Assembly: GCA_032718475.1 (NCBI GenBank)
Contig: JAUCBJ010008830.1
Span: 62,001 to 126,000 of the forward strand
Direction of reading: 5' to 3'
From: Nemertoderma westbladi
Taxonomy: Eukaryota > Animalia > Xenacoelomorpha
DNA length: 64,000 nt
Shown: piece by piece, positions 41,150-55,156 of the stretch
Layout of the letters: each line of letters opens with the position of its first letter
Position numbering within the stretch: the stretch's first letter is position 1
Program-made: the position numbers and the translations under genes
The notes under the pieces: generated by a model
Databases searched by the model: none
Told to the model about the DNA's origin: nothing
Seen by the model: the letters and a program-made list of their open reading frames with translations, nothing else

Positions 41150-42012
41150 AGACACTGTTTTCCACGTCTGATGTGGCTCTGCAGTTCTCCAAAGAGGCAT
41201 CGCCGGTCTGCACATGTTGAAACATGGTTCGCAAACAACTCAAATCTATTGGTAAAGCAAATTCTCTGGCTGATGTTCTTCTTCATCATAGAAACAACTA
41301 TGAAGGTAACTCACCATCTACATGGTGGAATAGTTGGTTACATCAATGATCACACAATGGTTGATTGGGCCAACTTTGTACGTGAAGTAATGTACAAGGA
41401 CATGAAGGAGGCAGAACCAATGGGAGGCCCAGGAGAATCGATTCAAATTGATGAATCACTGTTTCGGGGTCGGAGGAAATATAAGTGCGGGAGGAAGCTG
41501 AAAGGAGATTACATCAGCGCTGCAAGGAATTATGGATGAGCAGTTGGTGGGCCATGGATTTTTGGGCTAGTCCATAAAAGAGCTGATAAATCAGTCGACA
41601 TGCGAATGTTCCATGTGCAGCGACGTGACACAGAAACACTATGACCGATTGTTGAACGCCATATCAAAGGTGGAACAACAATTATGTCAGATGAATGGTC
41701 AGCATATTGCGGTCGGCGAGTTGGTATCATGAACAGGAAGGATCAGTGGCAGTGCAGGGATGGAAGTGGGGGCTACACGCGCCTCAAAGTGAAGCATGCT
41801 ATCAAGGGAAAAGGGCGTTTTGTGAACCCAGCAACCGGGGCTAATACCCAATGTATAGAAGGGATTTGGCGCCATGCTAAATTCGCAATTATGCATCGAA
41901 AGAAAAGTGCTGTGGCAACATTGAAAATCACTTAGGGGAGTTCAGATGGCATGGACTTCATGTCGAGACACCGTTTCTTGATCTAATTGACCTGATAAAA
42001 GCAAACTATTAA
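41150..42012 (+). mobile_element. Merlin/ISXO2 (IS1595-like) DDE transposase remnant
   Basis: DWANFVREV, GGPGESIQIDES, RKY..GR, WIFG, RDTETL*PIV, TIMSDEWSAY and FVNPATGANTQCIEGIW, with stops. Confidence 0.9.
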
Positions 42013-43931
42013 CTGAAAAGTGACTCAGTAACATATTTTAATTAAAAATCTAATAGCTAATCATTTTAATTACAACTCTACTAGCTAATCATTATGTGAA
42101 AAATAAATAAAATAAAATCACAAAAAAACACATTAAAAAAACCACATTTTCGTCACCCGGGCCACAGTACTACCACTCATCCCGAAGTACAGAAATAATT
42201 ATTTCCAAAACAGCCTGAACTAGAAATTGTCAAATTGCCTGAAAATAATCTAAATCTCGAACAACATTCAATGGCCTTAGAGAATCAAATCAAACGAATG
42301 AGAAAGGAAGGGCATGACAAGTGAATGCGTATAGCGCGCAACGTTGTTGATAAAGAGCTTAATTTATATTATTGTTTATTTGTTTATTTATCTATACTTA
42401 TTTTGTTGTTTCTCTCAGACATTAAATCATCGAATATAATCACACTCTGTCTTTTTACATTTTGATTAAATTGTTCCGGAATTTCATTTAAGGAAGTAAT
42501 ATTGACACCTTTCACAACCGGTTTAGTTTGCCCATATATCCAAATAATCTATGATGGTTGCGCCTCAAAAATTTGCTTACTATTACGTAATATTTGTTCC
42601 AAATATGTAGTTTTACCACTGCCAGAAGGGCCAGCCATTAACATTGTGGCACCAAACCTAAACCGATATCTATAGGCCCACTCATTATTATACTGTAGTT
42701 TTACCCAATAAGGACTGATTTGAAGACCAACATTTATTTAGTATGAATAAGAAAAAATTAACAGCTCATATATTGTAATTTATTGCTCATGAATGCAATA
42801 TAACTCGGTTATTTCTGTTTTTTTTAATTTAACATAAAGTAGGTTACCAATCCAATATATAAAGTAAGTAAAACAAGTAAGAAAGTAAAAAAGTGTTTTA
42901 TAATAAATATAATGCGAAAATTAACTTTAACATGGAGTAACTAAGCATAAAATAAGTTAAACCAGTAATCACAGGTTCGACCCATACTCGTATCCTGTTT
43001 TATGGAAAATAATAAGTAAACATAGAATAACTAGAGTAACTAAACTAAACATAAATTAGGATAAACAGCTGGTCACAGGTTCGAATCCTATTCGCGGAAA
43101 ATATAAAAAAAAGTAAACACAAAATAGGCTAAAGCAGGGCTTCGAACCCTACTCGCAACCAATATATAACCAATACAAAGTAAGTTAAGCCAGGGGTTCG
43201 ACCACTACTCATGAAAATATAGAAAAAGTTTGTAAAATAGATAAGGATTCGGGGAATTCACCAGCAGGACACATGGTTTATTAGTAAGAAATACACTGAA
43301 ATATGCATGCCCTATATATATTCTGATCGCGCAACATAATTCGGGGGTATAGCTAATACATATTGCTTTATTATTAATTGTATGATGTCCACATTTTTCA
43401 TTAATAATTTAAAATTGACCCTTGGAAAAATAATAGTTCGTGTTTCGGTATTAAGTTTCAAATTTTGTAATTGCATACCGATAGTTTGTTTAAATAAAGC
43501 AATTCACTATCTAAATTATTGCACCAGCCTACAATTGTTACTGAGCCGCTGGGAAATAGCATTATAGTTGAATCATCACCTTTGTAGATAAACATGTTTG
43601 GTTTTAAGCAACTTTGACCTGTAATTTGTTGTGAAATTTTCTCTAGTTCAAATTTGTTTCTAGAAAAATAAAATTAAATTCTGATAGGGGGGATTACTAC
43701 TGGTTTCGCCAGCCTAACGAGCTTAGTGCTATATTGTCCATATTGTTTGCTGCTATATTTACTACTCCAGTATGATTTCGTGTCCCAGAGAGTTAGTGCT
43801 TTCTTATAGACATGACCAGTAAAAATTTGATGCTTTCTAGAAGTGAAGGTAGAGTTATAGCGGAAGAGCATTGCGTCGTTTTCAAAACAGTCTGCCTAAT
43901 CCTCGTGTGTATTATTTTTAAATTATTTAGG

Positions 43932-44160
43932 TCGCCAATTCAACGCGTTGGTTCCACGATGTGGTGGACGATTTCAATCGCGATGGGGTAGAGATTCCGG
44001 AATATCCGATGGTACAGTTCTCTGTGGTTGCCACGGCTGTGGGCTGGGGGATTTCAGCCCAAAATCTCAAGCAGCACATGGTGAACTACATGTCTCTAAG
44101 AATGGCGAAGTATTCTCGGCAGTGCAGTGACTTTTCCATACAGGAGGGCTGCAATCATTC
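43932..44160 (+). other. Unidentified exon-like coding fragment with a diverged paralog at 53514-53690
   Basis: Both start at TTATTTAG|GTC and encode V.NST.WF.EV.DD....VEIP....VQFSVVATA.GWG.SA.NLKQ. Confidence 0.5.
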
Positions 44161-44477
44161 ACCGCATATTTGCGCCTCAAAGGCTCAAAATTTCATCCCC
44201 CTTGGGATCCGTCTAGATATCGATGAAATTTAAAGATATTTTTTTGCCTTAATTTTATTTGGCAACTTTTGCGCACCGGTAGAACATTGAAATCGAAAAA
44301 AAAAAGTAAAAAAACGCACTGCCCTATTATATAGGCCTACCATATTAACTTATAATACAGAATATATTATAGTAATATATCAATATAAATAGTATGCTAT
44401 AAAAATTATTAGAAAGTCGTTAGACTTGATTACTGTAAGAAAAAAAAGCTACTGGCTACTGACTACTGGCTACTGGC

Positions 44478-47400
44478 ATACAAGACTGTAATGCATTTAC
44501 ACTTCGACCCTTCTCCAGTGATCACCGCTTTAACCTCGATTGTGAACAAACTGGACGCACTTAGCTCAGATACTAAAGTCATAAAAAACAACACGGTAAA
44601 AATGCAACAACAACTAGACCAGCTCCATAAAGAAAATAATCAACTACGCAAAGAAAATGAAGATCTAAGGACAGAACTTGACCAGGTTAAAAAGCGACAG
44701 GATGACCTCGAGCAGTACGGGAAACGGCATAACATATTGGTACATGGAATTACCGAAAACAACGTAGATAACGACAAACGAGTTTTACTCCAATGCCTAG
44801 GGGATCTTGGGGTAGATCCTCAATCGGTTGACGTGTTCCATCGCCTTGGGAAATTAAAAAGTGAGGGAGGTGGCTATACCGGTATTGTTAAACCACGGCC
44901 ATTTGTTGTTCGATTTAAGTGTCACAGTGATCGTAATGTGGCCTTCGCAAAAAGAAAAGAAACAGGTAAGAATATATTTATTTCAGAGCATCTGACCAAT
45001 AATCGGGCCGCATTAGTGCGTGAGGTGGTAGAACTGAAGAAGAAACAGCTGGACTTGGGAATTACAACTGTTTATACGGTGAATGGAGTAGTGAAAGTCC
45101 GTCTGGAGAACGCCGAATATCCAGTGATTATTCGCAATAACGACGATATATGTCAGCTAACGAAAGGGGAAGGTTTCTTACTTGTAGGAAATCGAGTAAG
45201 CCACGGTCGTAAGAAATATACGCGCAATGGTGCGAGAGAACATGGACCGGGCCAGGCCCAGTTGCAGAATCATGACGGCCTAACAGGAGTTAGGAATAAT
45301 AAACCGAATGGCGCCTACCCTACTGATGGCAAAGGAGTGACGACGAGATCAACATCCGCTTCGAGAACCTCTACTCCTCTACTTAACAGGTTGGTTAACA
45401 GTTTTGCAGCCCTTGACAGGGATGACCTTTCTGATGTTTCTAATGAGCGTGAAGATGACAAAGAGGTCGATGATTCTGCGAGTGAACCAGTAGAGGTTTG
45501 ATTTGTGATGGATTGTGTTTCTCAACTATCTAACCCGCGGCAATAGGAAATTCGAATACTTTAGGAATTGCAGTTACTTTACGCCATTATATACATTAGA
45601 TTACCTAAGCTTTACTCTAAGTGTATTAGTATACGTTAGTGCCATTTTTAAATATTTTTGTTGTTATTCAAATAGGTTATGGAATTGAGCAGGATTCAAC
45701 AGGCCATCCTCTCCCCATATAGGAATAATAGTACCACTACTAATTGTTCCTATTGTTAGTCGTAACAACCAGCTGTCTCAAACACCCCTGCCCCTTTTTC
45801 TTGAGTATTAGTATATGTCCTCAGCTACCTTTCACCCCACCCCCCCCTATATGTTGCGGTTTTTGTTATAGCCAGATTAAACTAAATATGAAACTTTTTC
45901 AATGTAATTTTTGTTGCCAGTCATTTCACCTTCAATGTGGCAGCTATTTAACAGAAAATGACCTAAGAAGCCAGCAAAGCGATGTAAACTGGTGTGTATT
46001 TTGTTATCCAACTATTTTTCCCTTTCATATGGTTTGTGATGATGATGAAGATATATTTGCAAATATTGATACAGATAACATCCCCACCCTAGACCTTCTT
46101 GATAAATTTTTCAGGGACATTGATCCAGATTTAAATTTACTAAATTGTGAAACATCAAAGGACTATTACTCTGAGAATAGATTTGATAAGGAGTTTTTGG
46201 AACGCAGCAACGACTCCATTTCCATTTTTCACCTGAATATTCGTAGTCTCATGTCTAATTTTTCAGCAATGACTGATTATCTCAACGCTTTGGAAACTAA
46301 AATTGACCTTTTATGTTTCACCGAAACATTTTTAACAAAGGATTCTCTTATTGAAAACATTAATATAACTGGTTTTCAAAAGCCAGTCTGCGGATTTCGG
46401 GAATATGGTGAACTTAAAAGGGGGGGAACCGCAGTATATGTCCGGGAGGAATTGGAAAGAATCGAGCGAACCGATTTGACGATAAATGGGCCAGAAAATA
46501 CGTGGATAGAGATAACTAGGCCGCACCCACTTAAACCATTAATTGTTGGGTGTATTTATCGACCTGACAAGATTAATGTTGAAACTTTTTTAAGCGATTT
46601 AGATGGGATGATATCTTCATTGGCAGCTCAAAATTATGATGTGGTGCTGTGTGGGGATTTCAATATTGATCTTCTAAAAAATAAATTGATTTCTGAAAAT
46701 TATCTTAACATACTTCACTCTAACGGTTTCAATCAATTAATTAAACAGGCTACCAGAATTACAAAATTTTCCAAAACTTTAATAGATCATTTTAGTACAA
46801 ATATAACTTCAGCTGTATGTTCTTCAGGCGTTCTTCTTACAGAAATAGGCACTACTGATCATTTACCATCTTTTATTGTTTTGACAAAATATTCATCTTA
46901 TTTCAAACCAGTAGCATCAAAACAAACATTTGATTACTCAAAATTTAAATCCACCCTATTTCTCGAGAGCTTGCAAAATATAAACAATTGGTCCTATAAC
47001 AAAAATAGCGGAATATCAAATAATAATAAATTTGACCTATTTTATACGGATTTTGAGAATATATGTAAAAACCATCTACCAACTAAAATAATTTCTAAAA
47101 AAAATATACCGCGTAAGCCCTGGTTAACTCCATCCTTAATTAAATCAATTAATAAAAAAAATAAATTATATGGTAAATACGTTTCTAACCCTACAGAAAA
47201 AAATCATTCTAAGTATAAAGTGTATCGCAACAGTCTTACGACAATTATACGTCAAACCGAGAAAATATATTATAGTAATCAATTTGAAAAAAATAAATCT
47301 AACATGAAGAAAACTTGGAGAACTATTAACACAGCCCTTCATAAATCTACAAAAAATAAAATACCGAACAAACTCATAATTAAAAATAATCTAAATAATG

Positions 47401-50400
47401 ATATTACAATTAGTGATTCCCAAGATATAGCTAATGAATTTAATAATTTCTTTACTTCTATCGGACCAGAGCTTTCAAGTATTATTCCTTCATCGTCACG
47501 CTGTCCAACAAGACACATTAATCATAAAAAATTTAATTCTTTTTCGCTAATAGAAACAACACCGGTTGAGGTTCAGTATCTTTTGTTACACCTCAGTGAC
47601 GACTCTGCTACTAATGACTCTTTTCCGGTAAAATTAGTTAAATTAGCCGCGCTTACTTTAAGTCTACACTTGTCAGACCTTATAAACTCCAGTATTCGTT
47701 CCGGTATATTTCCTGACAGTTTAAAACAAGCAAAGGTGATACCCGCTTACAAGGGTGGGTCTCCTACAGACACATCAAATTATCGCCCGATATCACTTTT
47801 ACCTATGTTTAGTAAAATCTATGAGACTATAATTGGTTCACAACTTACATCTTACCTAGAGTTTAATAAGATACTCAGCCCTAAACAATTTGGCTTCAGG
47901 AAAAAATCTACAACTTCTGAAGCAATTTTGCAAATAGTTGAAAAGCTGCGCACGGTTCTTGATTCAACTGACTCAGCCTGTGTTGTTTATATAGACTTGC
48001 GGAAGGCCTTTGATACCATCGACCATACAATTTTATTAAAAAAATTACATTGTTATGGTATCAGAGGCCTCCCGCATGCTATGTTTTCAAGTTACTTAGC
48101 TAACCGTTCACAATGTGTTTCTATAGGTAGTAGCACCACGTCATCATATAAATCGATATTATGTGGAATTCCTCAGGGCAGTATTCTGGGTCCACTTTTA
48201 TTTTTGTTATATATTAATGACCTACCTAATATGCAGTAACTTTTTAACTACATTGTTTGCAGACGACACCTCATTAATGACACATTCTCACAAACTTCTA
48301 GACCTGATTGACTCAACGAATTTAAATTTGAATGCAATATCCGACTGGTTAATAGATAACAAATTATCACTCAATACTGACAAAACAGAGTATACCATCT
48401 ACAGTAACTCTAAATCAAGACAATGCATTTTACCACCAATTAAAATCAAAGATAAAATTCTTAAAAAAACGGGGACTGCAAAATACTTAGGTATCCTAAT
48501 TGATAATAATCTAAATTTCAGATATCATATCAAATATATTCTTAAAAAAATCTCAAAATCTGCTGGACTCTTTTATCGCTTACGTCATATTTTCCCGTTA
48601 CATATTTTACGTACGCTGTTTTTTTCACTAATTTACCCCTATGTGCAATATGGGTTAATTGTATGGGGAAGTACTTATTCTTCTATAATTAAACCTGTTA
48701 GAATTAAAATAAATAAAATTTTAAGGGTTATGACGTTTAGCCACTTCCAAGAGTCATCCCTCCCATTGTATCGAAAGCTAAATATATTGCCAGTTGAAAA
48801 TTTATATAAATATCAAGTTTGCAGCACTATGTACGACGTTAGCCGAGATTTATCCTCGCCCTTATCACAATTATTTACTACACTTTCAACACATCACTCA
48901 TATAACACAAGAGCTGCAGCAGCGGGAGGCTTTCATTTCCCAAGGGTAAGACTAAATATAGCGCACCAATCGTTAGCAATGCAAGGTCCCAAACTGTGGA
49001 ATACCTTAGACCCAGAAATTCGACGTATACCTAATAAATCTATTTTTTTGAAAAAATTAAAATTGTTTTACCTATATTCTCAAAACCGTTAGAATCTGTT
49101 AAGGGTACTAATAAATTAACTAAAAACAAGTACAAACTATCTCCTTCACACAATCTATTAATTTAATATAACAAAGTTTCAACATTGATTTAATCTGGGC
49201 CTTCATTCACAAACTATTTTGTTATTTCACAAACTATTTTGTTATTTAGCAGTCTTGCTTTATTGAACCGTACTGTTTTTGTTATACACACCTTGTCTAT
49301 TGTTAATCACCGTATATATATATACTTTTATGTATGTATGTAATTTATAATGTGGTTATGTATCAATTGTACCTTACTGTCATTTGGGCGATTCGTTTAT
49401 ATCTTTGTTTATATTTTTGTTTTTGTTTTTTTCTTTTTGGCTTTGCTGGCAAGTTCATCTGTTTTTTTTTTTCTTAGTCTTTCTTATATAGTAAATAATA
49501 TTATAATATTCTTAGGTTCCGCATCCCTACCCTACCTCACCAACCACCCCCCCCCACTGCCCCACCAACCACCCCATTAGGTAGATAGTTACTTACTAGC
49601 GTTGCTATTAAACTATCTCCCTACCACTTTATATTATACAGAAATTATGGTGTTAACTTATTATTGTTTGTGAATTTATTTTGTGGAAAATAAACTTATC
49701 TTATCTTATCTATCTTATCTTATCTTATTGTGGCCAAGGTAAGACTTAGTCTGCGTGCTAGCAGAACAACGAAATCTGCCTTGCCGCGGCATGACTGGTC
49801 CTCTCTGTTGCAACAGTCAAGTGTGAGATCCAGCTTCACACTACAGCTGAGCAACAGGTATGAGGCTCTTGCCTCTGAGGCGGCAGATCACTGTGAGGGC
49901 TATACTGCCTTTACAGAAGCAGTTAAGTTAGCAGCTGCAGAAACAGTTCCTGTATACCCTCAAAACAGGAAAAGGGCCCCCTGGACTGACAACAAAATTC
50001 AGAAGTGCCGAAATGACCTTCATAAGGCGCAGAAAGAGTCCTGACTCAAACAGACTACAGCGGCAAAGAATGCAGTTAAGGCTGCATCTAGGTCCCTGAA
50101 CAGGCAGTACTCTGTTAATCTACAGGAGCTAATAAACCAACAGGTTGATACCATCAATGAAGCTGACGACAGCAGGCAATCATCCCAGGCATGGAAATCG
50201 ATCAATCTGCTTACTGGGCGGAAAAGCCAACCAACCACCAAGGTTAAGGCTGAATCACCAGCCGATCGCCTCAATGGTTGGAAAGCCCACTTTGAAAAGC
50301 TCCTCAATAATGACAGGGTATTGCCTGATAACTTTATAGAAGTAAAAGTGTCTGAGTCTGTACTCCCAGATATTCCCATTGGCGATATGTCCTTTGCAGA

Positions 50401-51792
50401 AGTGAAGGCTGCTGCAAAGAGCATTAAGACCAATCGTGCCAGCGGAGTAGATGGTGTTCCCCCTGAGGTCTTTAAAATACCTGAGTGTTTAAAGCTCATC
50501 TATCCCATCATAGTAGACATGTAGCGAACAACAAGAGTCCCACAAGAAATGAAAACAAATAAGTTGGTGCCAGTTCCCAAGAAGGGCAACCTAACACTCT
50601 ATGGTTCTTTTCGGGGAATCTCATTGATCTCGATTGCTGCAAAGCTATACAATAGGATTCTATTAAATCGCATCAGGGATCCCATTGAGAGACTGCTCCG
50701 TGGAAATCAGAATGGGTTCCGTAAAGGTCGTGGGACCATGGAGCCCATTTTGGCACTTAGAAGGATAATTGAAGAATTATCAAAAAAGAAAGACAGGCAT
50801 CTGGCTGTTATCTTTGTTGACTTCTTCAAGGCCTTTGATTCAGTCTCTCGCTCACGTATGATCAGCATACTTTCATTATATGGGATTCCTGATGAAATTA
50901 TTGAAGCAATCAGATCAGTATATGATGGTTCGACAACATTTGTGTCTACTGTTGACGGTGACACAGAACCATTTGAAGTGTTATGGGGCGTCCTCCAAGG
51001 AGACACACTTGCACCATTCTTGTTCATTATTGTGGTTGACTATGTTCTACGCATAGTGTTGGTCTTTTTATTAACTCCAGAAAGACCAAAATTCTGACAG
51101 TTAACTTTGAAAGTCCTCAGCAAGTCTCTGATCGGATGAGCATAAGCTCAAAGGATGGTATGCTTGAGCATGTGGACGACCTCTGTTACCTGGGATCATG
51201 GATCCGGAAGTCAGGTGAGGACCTTCGAATACGTAAGGGAAAGGCATGGGCAGCCTTGAATAGGCTTTCCAGGATTTGGAAGTCACCGAGAATTAATCGG
51301 AAACTTAAGGTCCGATTATTTAGAGCAGCAGTAGTTCCAGTACTCTACGGGAGTCCATGCTGGGCTCTAACTGCTGAGGACACCAAATCTCTGGATGGCA
51401 CATTCACAAGAATGCTACGCCGGGTTCATTGTGTCAAGTACAATGCACACATCTCCAGCCAGACACTATATAACATTGGAGGTGTCTCATTGGTTCCCCC
51501 AAGCTTGACACTAGAACAAAATCGCCTCCGCTTTGCAGGACATTGCTTTCGCCGTGAGGACCAGCCAGTGCATAATCTTGTACTTTGGCAGCCTCATGGA
51601 GTGAATAAGCATGGTGGACAGCCCATCATGACTTTCTTGAGATGCATCTTAAAGGACACTGGCCTTAAAGATGCGGATGATCTAGCAAATGTCATGGGTG
51701 ATAGGGAGTTGTGGCGGTGCAATTTTGTTGACAAGCCGGCACAGCATTCTTAAAAATGCAGCTGCAATGCAGCATGCCGATCCTAGTAGTAG
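44478..51792 (+). mobile_element. RTE LINE copy 3, 5'-truncated and split by a nested LINE (RTE parts 44478-44529 and 49723-51792)
   Basis: 44478-44529 matches 11259-11310 and RTE sequence resumes at CTTATTGTGGCC after the nested element. Deletion of the FADD region near 51055, (TAG)n tail, and flanking GCTACTGGCTACTGAC at 44448 and 51793. Confidence 0.9.
44530..49725 (+). mobile_element. CR1/L2-group LINE with ORF1 and PHD-APE-RT ORF2, near complete
   Basis: ORF1 has a coiled coil plus NILVHGI, HRLGK, RPFVVRF and IFISEHLT. ORF2 has a Cys/His PHD-like finger, HLNIRSL, FTETFL, IYRP, GDFNID, TDH, NYRPIS, QFGFR, DLRKAFD, PQGS and FADD after a frameshift near 48235. AATAAA and (CTTAT)n tail. Confidence 0.95.
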
Positions 51793-51808
51793 GCTACTGG
51801 CTACTGAC

Positions 51809-52828
51809 CTAGAGCAAAAACGGCTCTAACGATTTTGATGAAATTTTGCATGGACCATGAAAATGGATTTCTAAGGGTAATTGTGAAATCGCTGTTTAAA
51901 TTGAAACATCTCAACTTGTTTTATTTCGAAAAATAGCCCCAAAACACGAAAATTGCCATAGGCGCAATGTTAAAACACCAGCTGGCACTCATGAATATAG
52001 AGATGGCCTGGTAATGCATTCAATAGGAAGGGCAACTAACAAAGAAGTACTCTACTCTACAACCCAGACAGTAATCAAACAAAACATTAACTGGTTAAGC
52101 TGGCTATTCCTATTACAGTCTCAGCTGAATAACTCTACCCAATGCATCCTTGCTATGTTAATTAATTGGTGTGCAAACTAAATTACTGTTAGTTAAACAG
52201 TGTGTTGGCTACAGTGTATTGTACTATGCTCTCATCGCATTATTGTTTTATTTTGAAATCTTTGTGCCAACATTAATACTGTGGAGGCTGTATGCTTATA
52301 AGGCTGAATGTTTACTGAATGCTGAATGATTCTCCATAAGGCTAACATTATAGTTTGAAATATAAAAATCTGTTATAATAATAATATCGTGGAATACATT
52401 GAACAGTGTAAATTGTTAATCGCGGTTTACATTGAAACATCTCAACTTGTTTTATTTATTACAAAAATAAGAACGAATTTGTCTTATCACTTCTTGTGCG
52501 CGATTGTATTGAATTCATGACAACTGCTGTTATTATTATTATTAATCAATTGACACCTCGACTCCTCTCTGAGACTCAGACTACTCTATCCGATAGAATA
52601 AAATAATCATTTCGCTAACTGCTCTCTATCATCTATAATCACAACAGCTTTTATAATTCATTAGATGATTACAACATAATAATTATAGTTTGAAGTTGTC
52701 TAGAAAATTTTTCGTACACCACCGGGACTACCCTCACACTAATTGATTATCAGACAGAACAAAAAGCTTTTACTTGATTCGTACTGTCTCCTACGACTTG
52801 CTTCACAGGCCGCTAGGCCCGTCTCTAG
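51809..52828 (+). mobile_element. Non-autonomous Helitron-like element
   Basis: Ends in CGACTTGCTT...GGCCGCTAGGCCCGTCTCTAG and shares GCCATAGGCGCAATG with the 35277-35490 element. Confidence 0.5.
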
Positions 52829-53769
52829 TTAACTACAATTTAAGTACTTTCCTGTCTACTGTAATAATACTGTAATAGGTCTAATAAGCTAATCATTGAT
52901 TTATTATATACGGTAGGCCTACTTGGCATTTTTATATTATCCGTTTTTTTTTTAATTTCATACATTATGAGTATATATCAGGTATTCTTGAAGTAATTCA
53001 ATTTCCATTGAAATTATTATAATGGAAAATTTAATTTTTTATTTTAAATTAAATTATATATTTAATATTAAATTTTTATATAGGCCTACCGGTAGCTAAC
53101 ATGTTTTACTTGCCCATTTTTTATTCAATCACGTTACAGCTTACAGGGTTAACTTCCCACCATCTTGACGAAATTCCAATTTTCTGTATACCTGGACCAT
53201 CGCTAGACAATACATACAATTATGCAAGTTTGCATTGCCCCAATATGACTCAGGTATCCCAGGTTTAATTAATAGGCTGCTTGAGATTACCTCCTTGGCC
53301 ACATAGGCCTACTTAACCTGTCCACCACCATCACTAACCCCTGTTAGTTTAACATGTGGACCTACTTTGTCATTTGATATTTTGTTCCAAAAACCCCTGG
53401 ATTGTACATTTTCATTGAAAAATTATAATCTCTATTAATTCATTAAATATTACAAATTAGTTACATTTTTCTTCTATTTTTACTCTTCTATCTATTATTT
53501 TTAAATTATTTAGGTCACCAATTCAACAAGTTGGTTCTGAGAGGTGGCAGATGATCTCGATTGCAATATGGTGGAGATTCCAAAGCATCTGCTGGTGCAG
53601 TTCTCTGTGGTTGCCACTGCTGAAGGCTGGGGGAATTCAGCCCATAATCTGAAGCAGCAAGTGGTGGACTAATGTCATTAAGAAATGCGATACAGGTCGT
53701 ACAGGTGGCACAAGAGGTGCCACCTGTAGCTGCATACTGTAGACCATCTTACTAGGGCATATCTGGTCC

Positions 53770-54780
53770 TGTAACTAGGACTGACCAGCTGCCTGTCTCA
53801 CCCCCTACTGGAGAGAGAGCGACAAACAATTCTTTGACTCCCTTTCCTGATGACCTTTCTGGCCCAAACCCTGGGTCACCAGGGAGGCCAGATTGTGAGG
53901 GGAGAGGGATTCTGGAGTTGGAGGCTACTCTCATGTTCCACCCCGACCAACAAAGCCATTGGTGAATCTGAGGCAAGTCACTAGACTAGCCTCAATAAAC
54001 ACCCTAACACTCGGGTCCCCAATACGACAAGGTGAGCTGACTGCCTTGGCAGATAAGCTTTCTCTTAGTGCATTGGGTGTTCAAAAGCACCGAATGCAGA
54101 CTGGACAGACTGATGAGGTTCTGATTAAGGACATGGCGGGTGGTTGGCGACTCGCCCTCACTTCAGCAGATGATAGTGGCAATGGTGGAATTGGTCTATT
54201 GATGAATCCAACTGCACATGCAGCATTGGACAAAATAGACCAAATCTCTAACCGCATCATCCGTTGCCACTTCTCATGTTCTGGAAGACTGGCTAAGAAG
54301 TTTCCTAATGTGGTTCTGATTGTGTGCTACTCTCCAGTGTTGTCCCTGAAGAGGAGGTGGAAAATTTCTACCAGAATCTACAAGCAGCTACTGATGGAGT
54401 GGATCAGCATGCATTCTTAACATTCCTGGGAGACTTTAATGCAAGTCTGCATCAATTACAGTACCTACATCGCCCTGGGTCTATAGCAATAGTGTTAACC
54501 GAAATTCCGTCCATCTTCAGGATTTTATCTCTGGAAATGGATTGTTTTCGGCTGGAACCCAGTTCAAGAAGCGAACTGGAAAGCTATGGACTCATAGTGG
54601 ACCCAGTGGTCACAAGTCCCAGACAGACCATATCCTGTTTCGTAGGAAATACAGGAGCTCTATACAAGACTGTAATGCATTTACACTACGACCCTTCTCC
54701 AGTGATCACCGCCTTATTGTGGCCAAGGTAAGACTTAGTCTGCGTGCTAGCAGAACAACGAAATCTGCCTTGCCCCGGCC
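53770..54780 (+). mobile_element. RTE LINE 5' portion (copy 4, leader and endonuclease)
   Basis: Near-identical to 10400-11375 and frameshifted. Confidence 0.95.
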
Positions 54781-55156
54781 AAGGCAGATTTCGTTAATTA
54801 TTATTATATAGGAAAATTATTATTATTATTATGCGTTATAAGGGTGAGGTGGTTGGTTGATTGGTTTTCAACGTAATAATTACAGACTTTAACTTTCGTG
54901 ATACATCATAAAATATTTTTTGTACCAACAGTACATATTTATTAGTGTTTTAAACGCAACTAAGTTTTTTTCATTGTTAAGTAGTATAAACTAATAGTAA
55001 ATAACGAAAAATAACATTTTTCTGATTAGTCATGTGAAATATCATCTCAGGTACATTATTGCCAAAACTAAACCTTTTTTAACTCTGGGAGTAACAAAAT
55101 CGAACACCGTATGGGAGGGAGGTGTTAAATAAATTGTAATTTTTTTGTTTTTTTAG

